Source of the DNA: Antedon mediterranea
Taxonomy: Eukaryota > Animalia > Echinodermata
Assembly: GCF_964355755.1 (NCBI RefSeq)
Contig: NC_092671.1
Location: 20,460,001-20,524,000, forward strand
Length of the DNA stretch: 64,000 nucleotides
Direction: 5' to 3'
How positions within the stretch are numbered: position 1 is the stretch's first letter; every line of letters begins with the position of its first letter. This document shows, piece by piece, positions 12,501 through 27,500 of the stretch. Made by a program: the position numbers and the translations under genes. Under the pieces are notes generated by a model. That model did not search any database, was not told the origin of the DNA, and saw only the letters and a list, made by a program, of their open reading frames with translations.

Positions 12501-15500
12501 ATTAAAAAGACATGCTACTCTATGCTTAAACAAAAAATCTATTGTTTTATGAATTTCAATTTGACAAATAGAAAAAAACAATCTACAAGAAAACAAGGGA
12601 GAAAATAAAATATACACATCATTTGCATATTATCTTATAGTATGTTCAATTTTAAAGTACTTATACTTTTATTTTATAATATTAAGTATGGTAAGTATAT
12701 TATTTATTTTATACGGTATGTTACCAGCATTATTATGATATTTTGAAACAAAAAGATGAATAAATGTATGACAAATTACCTTCCATAGAGAGGATTTACT
12801 GCATCAGTACTGTTATCGTACACCTCAACATAATCATAAATACAGTTATGATGGGTTTCCAAACTAAAAGTTTCAAAAGTCAAGCGAATGATGTATCCAT
12901 CTTCTACCGTCACTACATAGAAACAATCCACACCATGTGGGTACTCATTTCCATTTGTGGGTGAACTAAATATACCGGTTTGATCTGTATATCTACCACC
13001 GCAGCCATCTGTATATGAAAAATAGTAATTAGTATATACTAGCAGTTTTTCTTCCTTAATATGTGGTTATTTGCATATTATTATAATAAAAGCGGACTCT
13101 ACCCCGATAAAAGTACTTTGACAAATTACTGTATTAAAAAAAACAAATTGTATCAAGAATAAAAGTAGATTGATTGATTGAGTTTAATACACAAAGTATT
13201 CCTTTACAAGCATCTGTAAACTAAAAAATAAAAGCAATACTGGATTTTGTTGTAAACAATCCTAATTAGCATCATGCATAATGCATACTCATGGTTTGAA
13301 ATCTTTGTTTACTTTCACTTACGACGATTTTCCAGACGAAATGTAATCAAATTAATTTACCTGTTAATTAGGTAAAATTGTTGTTTTTGGCTCGAATTTT
13401 CGATTTAAAGTGATTAACTTTAATATTACTTTGATATGGCCAATTTAAATTTAGAATATTTTGACCTCCATTTTTTGTGTTTCAAGGGACAATACATCTT
13501 TAATTATTACAAAAAAATCTAATCCTTGTAGTGGTGTATCGATACATGAATTTATGTACTTTACTATTTCAATTGACTATGACAGTGACAACAAAGTATT
13601 AAATTGCAAATATTTTATTAGTGGTATATTATTTATAAAACATGAAAACAACTATTTCAATACTGAGTGGATAAAAGAGTATATTTAAAAATTGTTCCTC
13701 TTTGCACCAATCCTTCAACCCTAATGTTACATACAAAACACAAATTTGGTTTGTTTACATTTGACTAAAAAAATTGGACTCATTTTTCTCTCGGAAGTAA
13801 TTCCCAGGGTGCTAATTTTTGTATGTAGACAGCATAGATTTTTAATAAAAAATGACAATTTTATTTAATTTTGAGACAATTAAATAGTTTGTATGTAATA
13901 TGTATAAAAATTAAAATTGTTTTAAATGGTTTTGTTATATAACTTACCTCCTCCAGGTATTTCATTGTCAAAATCATAGGTTGCTCGGAATCCATAGTTA
14001 CTAATACTACCATCAGTTTCAAAACGAAGAAGCATTGTATTGCCAGTACTTGATACAGGTGGAGGGAGGTAAGAACCACACAGGTTTGAAATAAGATCAT
14101 TTTCATTTGCACTACTACTATCATATATCTGAAATAATACAATATCTTTCGTAATGTTTTCAGAGTGGCATTGTCGAGGAATTCAGGGATCAAATTTACA
14201 AGATAATAGTTTAAAACTATCCATCATAGGAAATATGGAAAAATATGACATATATTATAAAACCATTCAAACTAACAGAAGAAGTTAAAATAATATCTTT
14301 GTTCCACATAAACAATATCGATCTCCCAAAAAATAATATGGCAATAGCCCTTAAAATGATTAAACATTTAAGAGTACTTGTCACCAAAAATCAGACATAT
14401 TCATAAATTAGTGGCAAGGGTTAAAATTTCGAATTGGTTCATATTTTGTACATTGGTAGACCTTAATTAAGGAAAACTGATGTGTAGTAATATCGCTTAG
14501 TTTTCGAGAAAATCGAGAAATATCGATTTTCAGCCAATTTTGTTAATTGTTGGTGTCTAATTTACATTAATTTTAACAGCCTCTGGAAGCCAAACGTAAC
14601 AACCTATTGTTTTAATATTTTACCCTTACGTTAACTAGCATATTGAAAATAATTTTGTAAAGTTTCAAAAAAATTCAATTAATCCTAAGAATTTTACTAA
14701 TTAATTACTAATTAGCATATATAAAACTCGTATAAAGCCAAACTGTTACTAGGAAATAATATAAACACAAACTAATAATAAATTTGTGGTCAAATTTCAA
14801 CGATTTAACCTAAAATGAAATTAGGCAATTACTATCTGAGCTCAACATTATAACTCGCTTAGCTTCATCAAGCCTGTTATGTTTTCCACTAGGTGAATTT
14901 ATTCACGCGGACTGATGATTTTCAGTTTTTGTTTCAGTGTTCGAGGTTACAAGTAACAATGACTTTAGCATCTTACGGCAAGTTGAACAAATAAAAAGTG
15001 TAACAATTTGAATTACATGAAATATATACAAATATATATTTGCTAATACCCCTATTGCACTTGGCTCCCTCTTTCCCCTTGCTTTGGATGCGATTAGAGA
15101 GATCTGGCGGCACTCTACATATGTTGTTATTTCCTCAAGACCAACCTAAACCAATTTCCGATCATATTTTTAGTTTGTGTTTAAATTGCAATTTAATTCA
15201 AATTTATTCCAGGAACTTTGAGTTTATCTTTAAAGTTTGTTTCTCGTAATAAAAGTTTGGCTCAAAACTTAATAGCTAAATAGAGAACAATAGGTACATC
15301 TGATTGATCTTGCCGACAGATAAAATTTTAATAATAATAACATTTCTTACAATCTTGTGGCTCTTGCGGAGTGCAAAATAGTTTCCCCAATTCTTTTTTT
15401 ACTTGATTCATAAATATTAGTATCTATACTTTAGATTGACGATTTTTTTATTTAAAAAAAATTTTTCGCACATGAAAAAAACTTTTAAAGAGTTTTATAT

Positions 15501-18500
15501 ATGCTAATTAGTAATTAATTTAGGAAAAATCTTAGGATTTATTCAAATTGTTTGAAACTTTACTAAATAATTGTCCAGGTGCTAGATAACGTAAGAGTAA
15601 AATATTAAAACGCTAGGTTGTTACGTTTGGCTTCCACACGCTGTTAAACATTATGTATATTATACACCAAAAATTAACAAAATTGGCTGAAAATTTTTTT
15701 TTTTTAATTTTCTCGAAAACTAAGCGATATTTTACCAAACAAACTACACATCAGGTTTACTTACATCAAGGTCTACCAATGTGCAAAATATGAGCCAATT
15801 CAAATTTTTTACCCTTGCCACCTAATGTTTGATAATATGAATATATCACCTTTAAACTATCATATATACAGTTGTCGTGTGCTTCAATATCAAAAGTAAT
15901 GAAAGTAACAGTGACAATCATTTCTTCTGGTGCAATAACCAAGTAGTCGCACTGTCTGTTGTGTGGATAAGCATTTGGAAAATAAGGTGACCTCATCTCA
16001 CCTCCATCATCAGTAAAGATACCGCCACAATCTAAACAGAGATACCAACAATTAGTTGAAACACTGATTAATGTAAAGACATTTGCTCTCCAAATAAATG
16101 TTAGTTCTGACTACATGTTATTTTTAATCCAATTTAAGGTCAAAAACTACATTTTATGTAGAAATAAGTACTATCCTATTGCGATAATTTTGTTCGTCTT
16201 TGTGAGACGTGAATGTGAAAAATAAGTCAACTCTCGAAATTTAAGCAGTCCACTATAAATACTAGAATGCATCTCACACGGATTTACATTTTCGTTTTTG
16301 CGAAGGAAATTTTAATTTATCAACGGGTCAGTTTAGGCCTGTAGGTAGCCTACGATATTCATCTGTTACATCTCTTTACCAGCTAGACCTACAAATTTAA
16401 GAATAGCTAAGCACGGTCTAAGACCGCCTACAAGAGAACATTCAATGCAAGCTACTTCGGTAGTGCATATTTTGTTCTCTTTTTAGAATAATTAACATTG
16501 ACAAGGAATGACCTGGTTTAATATTTTTAAATTCATACACTGTATATTATTATTATTTTTATAAAACATCAAAAATTGCCGGGAAATAGTTTTTATTGTT
16601 TTGTTTTTGCTAAAGCCAAGAAAAAAATAGGTGGCTCTATTGGATTTCATGCAGGGATGTTCACTAACGTTGGCCTGGAAACTGAAAAAGATTATATTGC
16701 ACCCTCAATGGCGTAAATCAAAAGTTCAATAGACTGTAATGCACAATATTCTACATGATTCAACAAATTGTTGACAGTTTAAGGAGATTTCACAAATAGC
16801 AAAAACTATTTTTTAAATTACTGCATGTTCAGTCATTTTGTAAAAATTTTTTGATTTTGATATTGTGTACTAGTATGCTGATGAATAATAACTTGTAGAA
16901 TAGGTCATCTATAAGTGCTCTAATTCCTTGTCAAATTCTGATGCCAAGCCATCATCTATATTCAAAGATGGAATCGCCAGCCATATAGATTTAATAAAAG
17001 TAGGTGTATTGGATTCATAATATAAAACAAATATACATTGCAAATTTCGAGTTTCTGGTTTCTGAACTCTCGGAGTGCCGTTCTAGTTTGTTTACGAGAT
17101 GAATTAAGAGAAATTGAATTGGGAAGTATATTATTATATTTTTTATAATGACTTACCGTACTGACGCGGGTATAAGCCCATACTCGGGTATAAGCCCACC
17201 CCCGACTTTTGAATAATTTTCATGAAAAATGAGGCACTCGGGTATAAGCCCACCCATTAATTCGAAGATCTACAGTGTGTGTCGTAATACATTATTTTGT
17301 ATTTGGCGACGTCCATACACCGAATACACCTACCTTTGATCATACCAAGCTAGGCTAATATACGCTAGGCCATATGAGGCCTAGCGGTCCTGTTTTGTTT
17401 ACACTCCATCGCGGTCGAAGATCGCTTCACACACGACGCTACAAGTCGCCAAAACGGAAAACCCCTATTTGGTATCGGCTGCCATAAACAAGCTTATTAA
17501 ATTTCTTTGGTACATTTCTATTTAACGAATATTGTATACTTGCTTTTCTGCTTGATAAATTCTTGTTCAATAGATGTTTAAAATAATATATTCTACGATA
17601 AATTACACGAACTATAAGCTTAATTTTCCGACACTCTACACCTCGTGTATTTAGAGGCAACGCCGTACACGTGAGGGCGCTCGCTCGCATGGTGGAATAC
17701 ACTGTGTACATGTGCTGTTTTTGACGATCTGCATTTTTGGATCCTCGGGTATAAGCCCACCCCCCAAACTTGACGTGATTTCATGTTCGAGGGGGGTGTG
17801 CTTATACCCGCGTCAGTACGGTATTAGTGACTATGAATGAATGAAGGGTACAAATTTTTTTAGAGACATTTTTATACCTAATACTACCTACTACCGTAAA
17901 ACCTTGAAGAGAAGCCCATGGTATGCATCTTTTTTTGGACTCTATGGAGATTACTTTTGCAAAAGGTGGGCTACTTTTTCAATATGATTTTTTAGACACA
18001 GGCCCTGCCAATTTTACAATTTGTCAAGGAAGCAGCAATAAGATACAAGATGAAATTAAAATACCATTTGGAAAATTGTAGGCTTGATTGTTGAGATAAA
18101 GTAATTCAATATTCAATATTAAGCCAAAAGAATTATTCATAGTTTTAAAAATCAGTTTTACTGTAATGTTTTAATGCAAAATTTTCCCACTCTTACCTAT
18201 ATAGTAACGTGCCCTAAAACCACCTTCAGGTGCAACAGAAAAATCTGAGTGGAACTTTACAAACATAAAGTTCTGAGATGAGACTATTGGTGGTGGTATA
18301 GCTTGAGGGTTACAATATCGGCCCATAAATGGTGAAAGTTCATCTTCACCATCTCGAATCTGTTAACAAAACAAACAATGTCCTTTAAGTGTGCCATAAA
18401 AATATGTTGTTGCTAATCTATAAACGCATTGTCAAACTATCACAATTTACCTTTGTAACTCGTTATCTTATTTACAAATAATATCAATATCAAGCTGTAA

Positions 18501-21500
18501 TTTTATAGATATGGTCAGAAAAATTTATACTGCATGAAATATTTAGCTATTAGCTAGATAGTAAAATTAAAAGTTTCATCAATAACACATAATTTTACCA
18601 AAAAATAGTTTAGTCTATGCACAAATTGTTTTTTTTTATATTCACCCGTCGCTGGTGTTGCATTAAACAATAATTGTATTTACCACAAACATATAAACTT
18701 TGTAAATGTTTTCCTGGATTTATGGCAATGTTAAAAAATATAGATAGATAAATGCGAAGCATCCTCTTGTTATTGAGTGCGGGTATTTTTCAAGATGGAT
18801 ATCCATTAGACAGTGCATACCACCATCGAAAAACACCCACCCCTATTTGGGGTTTTAATTGCAATAACTAATTATCTAACTCAATTTAATTACTAAACAG
18901 TGTTACATCAGGTGATTAAATAAGTACCGAAAGTAGGAACCAACCAACAATTGAGTACATTCTAAAAGTAACAAGTGATTTTCCGAATGATTGATGTATA
19001 AAATACTGGTGGTAGGCTAGATCAAGTCTATTTCAATTAAATGTATGGTTTTCAAAACCTGAATATAATTTTTAATATTCAAGATGTAATATTCAAGATG
19101 TATATATGTTCTACCCCCATAATATACTTTGTGTAACCACCATATTTATTTGAATAACTCCAAATTGTTCATTATTTTAGAGGAATTTTTTTGGGTGTAA
19201 AATGGTATTTATCGACAAGGGTTACTAACGTAGATCTTTCAAATTCTGATATTTTTATCCTTTAATTGATATTAATATTTTATTAATCTGTATAAAAAAG
19301 TTATTGTGGCAAAGGTTTTACGCTTCACTAAATCCAGGTTCATCGCATAGTCAACCTATTATCATCTGATTGGTCATATACTAGACGTGACCAGCTTCCG
19401 TAACCGCACATAAAAGCTGGGCTTCATTAAGTCGACTACTTCTTTTATGAATCAAATTTGAAGTAATAGCTCGAACTAGCACTTTTTAAAGTTGAAGTTT
19501 GAACTACGACTAAAGTCCGACTTAAGAATACGGGCATATAGTGAGTGAGTGAGTGGCCGAGCGGTTAAGACAGTGGAACCGTAATTTTTAGAGGCGTTTA
19601 CCACCTGTTGGTTCCGATTCTTCACTAACAGTGTTAGTGAGAAGTTGAATAAATAAAAAAATAAATGAAATAAAATAAAATATACAGTATACCATATCAT
19701 TAACCCTAACCAACCCTTGTAACCAGCTCATTTTTAGTCCTATCAAACCAATAATAACACACTTTGTTGTCAAAAGACATTGTAAAAAGGTTGTTACAGT
19801 ACATCATATAAACAATGTTTAAATTGTGGATATTTAGGTCTTTTGCACTGTTTATTTTATAAAAAACATACCTCTACATAGTCATATACACAGTTGCCAG
19901 ATGTTTCTAATTGTAAATCAGTAATATTTAGGGTAACAACCTCCGTTGACGGAACCTCTATTATCCAGATACACTCAGCATCATGAGGGTAAGCATTCGG
20001 AAAATTTGGTGAAATAAGTATTGCACTATCGGCCGTCAAATGTCCACCACATGCTGCACTTGCTAATATTTATAATTTTAAAAAAACATGTTAATTTCCA
20101 TTCAATGATGTAACATTGTTATTATATAGACCTCTCTGCAACCAGAGTGTGTCACAATTCTTTGCTGACCGCGGAATAGTCTGGTGGCTGGTGGGTATAA
20201 CCACCCAAAAGGGGACAAATTGCCATCCAACTTTTCTAGACAAGAATTTTCCTTTGATTATGAATCTGGAAGAAAATTGATTAGGGTAGGAAGTGTTTAA
20301 TTTCAAGACATAAGGAGTCAAAGTTAAAAATTGACCAATTATAACATTTTTATGATTATACATTACAACTAAAAATTACTACAATGTAACCCACATTCCA
20401 GCTTTGTGGCTACAAAGTATTGTTTTTGATAGCGATCCTACAAACTGAATTGTTTTTTGACCACGATCCTATGAGATGCATTGTTTTGCCATGTATCTAT
20501 TGTAATGCGTCATAAACAACATTGTTATCAATGAATCAATGATTGAAAATACAGCAGTTACACCCAATATTTTAGTCTAGCGATTTAAATGTTTAAAAAA
20601 ACAAAGAATTATCACGCACCCTACTCTTTCAAGTTTGTACAACCTATCATGCAGTATTATTACTAAATTAGGCCTAGTAAAAACTAGAACTCAATACAAA
20701 AAACCTGTTAATATAGGGTCCATCAAAAGTGAATATTGCACTCATCAGCTAGGAAAACAATAGTGTAATACCCTCAACATATTAAAGGAACTCAACTTGG
20801 TTATCTCATTAAACAAACAACTGAATAATGTAATGTAATGGGAAATAAAATTCCTGTTATTTTGGGAATCCCGAAAACCATCTGGAAATCTGGATTTTTA
20901 TCGGGATATCATTTTCGGGATTCCCGAAATAACAGGAATCCAGACTATAATTTAAACGATCCCGTTTGGGGTTTTTAATCTGTTATTCAGGATATTTATT
21001 AGGATATTGTTTTTGTTTGGTTACGGTCAGTTAAATAATGATTGAACCAATTAACAATGTCTAAATCAGCATTAAAATATGACAACATATATGCCTTTGT
21101 CAATTGCTTCAATCCAGTCTTCAGTTTTATACATTAATCAAAGCATTAAGGAGTGAGAGTTTAAATAAGGAAAAATTAATTTTAAAAATAGTTTTTTAGA
21201 AAGAGATGGTAAAATGGATATGGGTCGATAATTGCAAGGATCCATGTTACTTGTAAAGATTGGACAAATTTTAGCACTGGAAAATTACTGTACTGTAGTA
21301 CAGTAGGCAGCGGGACGATTTGGCCCTGATACGATTTGGCCCTGAGACGAGTCGGCACACTTAAATTTATCGTCTTTGATATCAATTTTATAACCATAAA
21401 ATAAGCTTTTCCCCAAACTTTATTTTCAGAGAGACTATGGGGTAGTACTACTAGAGATAAAGATGCAATAAAGCAAACATTTTGAAATTTCAAATACGCG

Positions 21501-24500
21501 TACTCGCATAATTTTTTGCGTAGCACGCTATTTTTATCATGTCAAAAGTTGCTTCATGTATTATGAAATACAATTCGTTGAAAAATCATTTTTTGCTTAG
21601 AATTTATGAGCAACATCGCGCTTAACTTACGCTGCGCAACTCTTAAGTCATATACAAAGTTCCCTGCACATCTACAGTTTAAGGTCACTCTTCTGACAAA
21701 GTTATACGATGTTATGTCCACAAAGTGCGGATAACCAATTATTGCCAACATAAAAAAGCAGATCAAATCAGATAGTTCATTTCATTACACTTGCATTCAA
21801 AATATTGCTACACTGCAACTAGTCTGACCAATCTTTGCAAAAATTAATTTTATTAATCGTTTATTCTCATTTTAACAGTATTAATTTGATTATTACAGTA
21901 TTATAATTATATTTATAAAAATCATAACATTAATGATCAAATAACCACAGATCTAATAGTTTTTTAACTTTGAATTTATTTAGTAACTACCTGTGACGTA
22001 TATTATTTTGACTTTCAGGCTAATGCAATGATGAATGTGTTTATTTGCATTGTGTATGATTAAATTAATAAGATGTTTTACAGAATGTGATAAAACATCA
22101 GTTTTTATGTTAAATGTTAGTTTTTGTTTGGTTTTACAGGCACATTTTTTGATTGGTCAATATCTACATTTGACCCTTAATTGCAAAAGATTTGTTTTAA
22201 TTAGATGGCTGAATAGGTACCTCTATCCATAAAAATATATTAAAAGACCAAATTTGCTTTAAAAATTGGTTATACAGTACTATATATAATTATAATACAT
22301 TGTTATAAAAGGTCAATTTTGAACTTTGACTCCTTATATCTCAAAAACACTTCTTACCTTGATCGATTTGAATGGCGATACTCCCCTTCTGCCACCGGAC
22401 TAGTAAGATGATAATGCTAGGACTGGCCTAGCCTACATACAATACATTTTAAATATATAATAGCAGATATTACCTTTTTTATAGGTATTATAACATTTGA
22501 GACTCTCCTTAACTAAATTTTTCTCTCAGGGCTAAAAATATAATTCCTCTGGTTCATCTCAAATTTTATATTACACCTCAACGTAAGCAATTTCTGTTTA
22601 TATATGTATATATCTATATTAAAAATATTGAAATATCTTACATAGACTTGAAGTGTATATGATCTGAAAGCCTCCATCAGTTAATGATGCATCACTGTGA
22701 AACTTAATCCAGGCATACGGACCAATAGTGATTAGTGGAACTGGATTTACTGTACTACAATACCTACCAATTAATGGTGATGTATCAGATAGACCATCAC
22801 GAATCTATTTAAAAAATAAATATTTAAAAAAAACATAAAACTTTAATATGCACATATTAAAAGAAAAATATACTAGATTTAAACTTAAACTTTAAACTGA
22901 CGGGTCTATGTTATCCTATACATTTATTTCAGCAATTTACAAGCCATATAAAAATACATAAGAAAATAAATTAAAATAAAGTTAATTTTTGTTTGGTTGA
23001 AATTGAAGTACAATGCCTGTTGTATTGAATTGCAAGAGCTGAAAGTGCTTTGGTCGTTTCTGAGTACCAAGGGATGTCAACACTGTGACACTCACTAGGA
23101 CATTTACAAGTAAGCTTACTCACTAGGACATTTACAAGTAAGCTTACTCACTTACCTCAAGGTAATCATAATCACAGGTTTCATGATGTTCAAGTTCAAG
23201 TGTGCCAAAAGCAATTGTAATGACTTTCCTCAAATCCACTGTTATGCGCCATACACAGTCCCGATTTGTTGGATAATTTCCAGGGTACCCGGGTGAACGT
23301 ATGACACCATAGTCTTCATTATCTAAATCACCACCACAAACGGGTGCCTTACTGACCCAGTTGACAGTAAATCCATCAGAAGCAACACTGACATCAGATT
23401 TAAACCAAAAATACATTTCATAGGAGGTACTAGTGAGGGTGGGTGGTGGTCGATTTGCATCACAGTATCGACCAAACGAATAATCACTTGCTGTAGGACC
23501 ATCATTAATTTGTAAAAAGTCATATGCGCATTCTGGATGGCTTTCAACACTGAATTGGGGAAAATTAATCTCTACAACAGAGTTGGAATCAACCTCTATA
23601 ACCCAAGCGCAACTAACACCATGAGGGTAATCACTACCACTCGATGGAAATTGGAATGAACCTGTTTGACTTCTGTAGCGGACATTACAACCTAAAAATT
23701 GTAAAAACAACAATAATAATGGTAATCATAAAAACCTTTTGAAAAACCTACTATATATGTTAAGCTTGAGTTGACAACCAGTTTAACCTAACAATTACAC
23801 AATTTCGAAATAAAACTTTGCATAACATTTCTATTGTAATGTTGTCAGTGCTCAGCCAAGTGCATCAACACAACTGTGGCAATTTATGGTTGCAGATACT
23901 TCAAGTTAACAAGGTCATATTTATGTAACTCAACATCCAGATTTATTCAACTGGATGTATGGAATATATACCAGACATGCCCAAACACTCCACACCGCTC
24001 ATTTCTATAAAAAGGCAAGAAATGTTAACTCGCCTGTATATGCCAATTTAAACAACCCTATGCACATGAATAATTCAATTGTGTAGATACATACTGTAGG
24101 CATATTCTTCACAATTATCTCCAGAATACCCTAATGCACAGGAGCATGTATATCCATTGATTCCATCTGTGCAAGTTCCTTCATTTTGACAAGGATTACT
24201 GCTGCAGTCATTAATATTGTTCTGACAATTATTTCCTTCATATCCTGGCTCGCATATGCAAATATATGTTGATCCAGACACCTAAAGTAAAATTAAATTT
24301 AAAAATAAAAATAATATTGAAGCAAATGATGTTATCAATAATTGTTTATATTAATACAGTGTTTCAATGTAAAATAATAGTACTAAATCCATAAACACAA
24401 TCTAGTGTTAAAAACTCCAACCTGACATCTTCCATTAACGCATGGACTGTTGTCGCATGAACCTGTTGAAGTACATCCATTAGATCCTTCACCATTTCCA

Positions 24501-27500
24501 GTATATCCAGGTAAACATGTACATACCCTTCCAGATGGCACTCCTTTAGTCAGAAATAGAAAATAATTGAATATATATCTATATATACAGTTCTGCGGAA
24601 CATATCATCTCGAAACCTAAGCTGCACTGATGAGATCTAAACAGTACAATTTCGGTTGGGGACAGATTTCCTCATGTTATAGTTTCAAATGAATTAATAC
24701 ATTTTTGTTCTGTGCCTGTGGCAGCACTTGCCAACTCTTATGCTATGACGTCATCCAAATTCCCTCACTTGCACTGATGAAGGGCTAGTGTATTTATATA
24801 TATATCCATAGTCACAGAACATGAATTCTAAACCGCACAGTGATATACTGAAACTAAATTAATTAATTTTAAACAATTAAGATATATATAATAACTGTTT
24901 TAATAACAGTATTTAACGTTTATTAGTAAATGAACAGGAGAAGATGGAGGATGTTGAGGTATGGGGAGTGGAGAGGTGAAAGAGTGTTATGGGCTGGAAC
25001 CCTAAATCTAGACACATTTGATGATTTTATTTCCTTACCTTATAATATAAAATGCATGTTCACAATTTGAAACAACAATGAATATATTTGATTAGTGCCC
25101 ATTAATGTTATTTGAGGATTTAATTTAGTTGTGTTTGTTGTCATTAAGCAAAATCACCCACAATAAAACCATCATAATTCAGATGACCTTATAGATAAAC
25201 AGCAACAGGTGTGACTTGTAAAACAATGACCCAAACTTGTTTGTATCTTAGTGATTCTCCTTCAAATAATTTTAAAATACAACCTGACCTATTCAAATTC
25301 AAATATGGTAAATACCTAACACCCTTTTTGCTATTTAAGGAAATATAATAACAGACACAAATCTCGGTAGTGTAATGTTGATATGCTACACATAAAAAAT
25401 TATTATAGACAATGAGAGAACAATTTATTTTGTCACATAAGACAAAGTATTAAGACATACAGAGACTGAAAATTTAATGAGCAGCTAAGTTATGACTTAA
25501 AACACACACCTACATTTTTGGCCAAAAAATAAACACCTTGTTAAATCTATTTTTTGGAGTAGATATCACAGGAATAGATATCAAAGAATTAATTAACTTT
25601 AACGAACCTGGGTTATTAGTACATGTTGCATATGGACTACAGCCACCATTGTCTTGAGAGCATATACCAATGTTGGTACATGTCACACCATCCCCAAAAT
25701 ATCCTGTATAGTTTAAACACAACAACAAATAATTAAAACAAGCAAAATTACCATTACTAGATGATTACTTACATTGCTAGACCATTTAGGTTGTGCCCAC
25801 AGATAGTATAGTAATTTCAGCGTTTAAAAAACTGGCGATTTCAAATGTAAGTACCGCAGGGCAATAATACATGTTGTTGACATGAACGAATAAATAGACA
25901 TAGTGATGTATGTACTCAACTAAAATTAGCACCCTGGGAATTACTTCCGAAAGAGAAGTTTGAGTCAAATTTAAACAAACTTAATTTGTGTTTTGTATGT
26001 AACATTAGGGTTGAGGGATGGGGAAGAGGATGGGTGCAAAGAGAAAACAATTTATATATTCTTGTGTAACGAAATATTAATTGATTTACAAATAATATAC
26101 CACTAAACACAGCAAAACATTGCGATTTAATATTTTGTTGATTGATAGTCGATTGAAATAGTACAGTACATGTAACGATAGTCTGGGTTCTAGACAGTGT
26201 TTTGATTTAATATTAGTAAAAAGATAACTATTTTGGCACATATGGCATTTCATACATATTTGAGCTGAAACACCGTCTTGGCAAACACGTACAAGTCACA
26301 TGGTTTGTCACCAAGAATTCTTGGTGCATACGATGCGCATTCGTCCCATCACAAAGTCGCCCAAATAAAAAGTTGCCCCTCACAAAGTCACCCCTGCACA
26401 GTCCCCCAAGCTAAATACGGTATGATAATCTACGTCATTCTTATCGGATGTTTGTGGTCTGCAAATCGATTTGTATACGCGTCTGCGTTTCAGGACAAAA
26501 ATCGACACGCCGACTGAACCGTGAATCAATCACGTGATAAACCGGAATATGCGAATATCAATTTTGAGGGGATCCAAGTTACAACTAAATAAACGCTTTA
26601 ATTACACAGTGGTTGAGACACATTTTTAATAGTTCACATTTTGAAACACTCTCATAATTAATGGACTCTACCAATATTGATCTGCTGCAAAGAAAAACAG
26701 ATCGTACATCGCACGAGGTTGTTGAGGCGGTGCTTTTTGGTTTTACTGTACAGTACTACGATCCAATTACGAACTTGTTAAATGATTTAAAAGGCATGGA
26801 TTCGCCAAGCAAGTAGGCCTATACGTTTAATAAAAATTACCTAAGATTGACATAAGCTCTTTTGTTCAAACTTATTATTTATATAGCTAGGCCTGTAGCC
26901 GGGCCTGTAGTCTAGGCCTACTCCTTGATCATCGATGTCGCTGGTCAGGAATTTCCCCGCGATAAGAAATCAGGGAAATATGGCTCATAACGGCCTTCAT
27001 TTTAATGTTATATCTTTAATGCCAAAAATTACGTATGGATAAAACAATATAAAACTCAATATTTTTCATCTGGAATAATATGTTAACTCGCGTAATGTAG
27101 CATATAACACGGAAATAGTTTATTTCGATCTTGATTGTTGTTTTCAGCTATTAAAAATAATAATCGTAGAAGGAGATTCAAGGTTCTTAGTTCTACCCAG
27201 GATTTCGGACAACACTAAATATGGAATAACTAAAATATGTAAAAATTAATATCAGAAGGTTTTGATATTTGAATTGTTGGTGTTGGCCAAAATACTGACA
27301 TTGACACAAACAAAAGAAACAAACTTACCAGCTGGGCATGGTCCGCATGTTCTAGAGCCTTGTGTGTTTGTACATGTAACATAAGGAGACTGTGAACACC
27401 CTCCATTATTTGTATTACATTCATTAATATCTGCACACTGATGTCCATTTCCAGTGTAACCTTATAAACAATGTTTTTGAATTTTTAGGTGCAAAAGCAA

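Noticed and set aside
13861-14193. 110-aa ORF, and similarly ORFs 27230-27448, 28195-28389 and 23323-23550
   Set aside because: These are shadow frames overlapping true cubilin exons.
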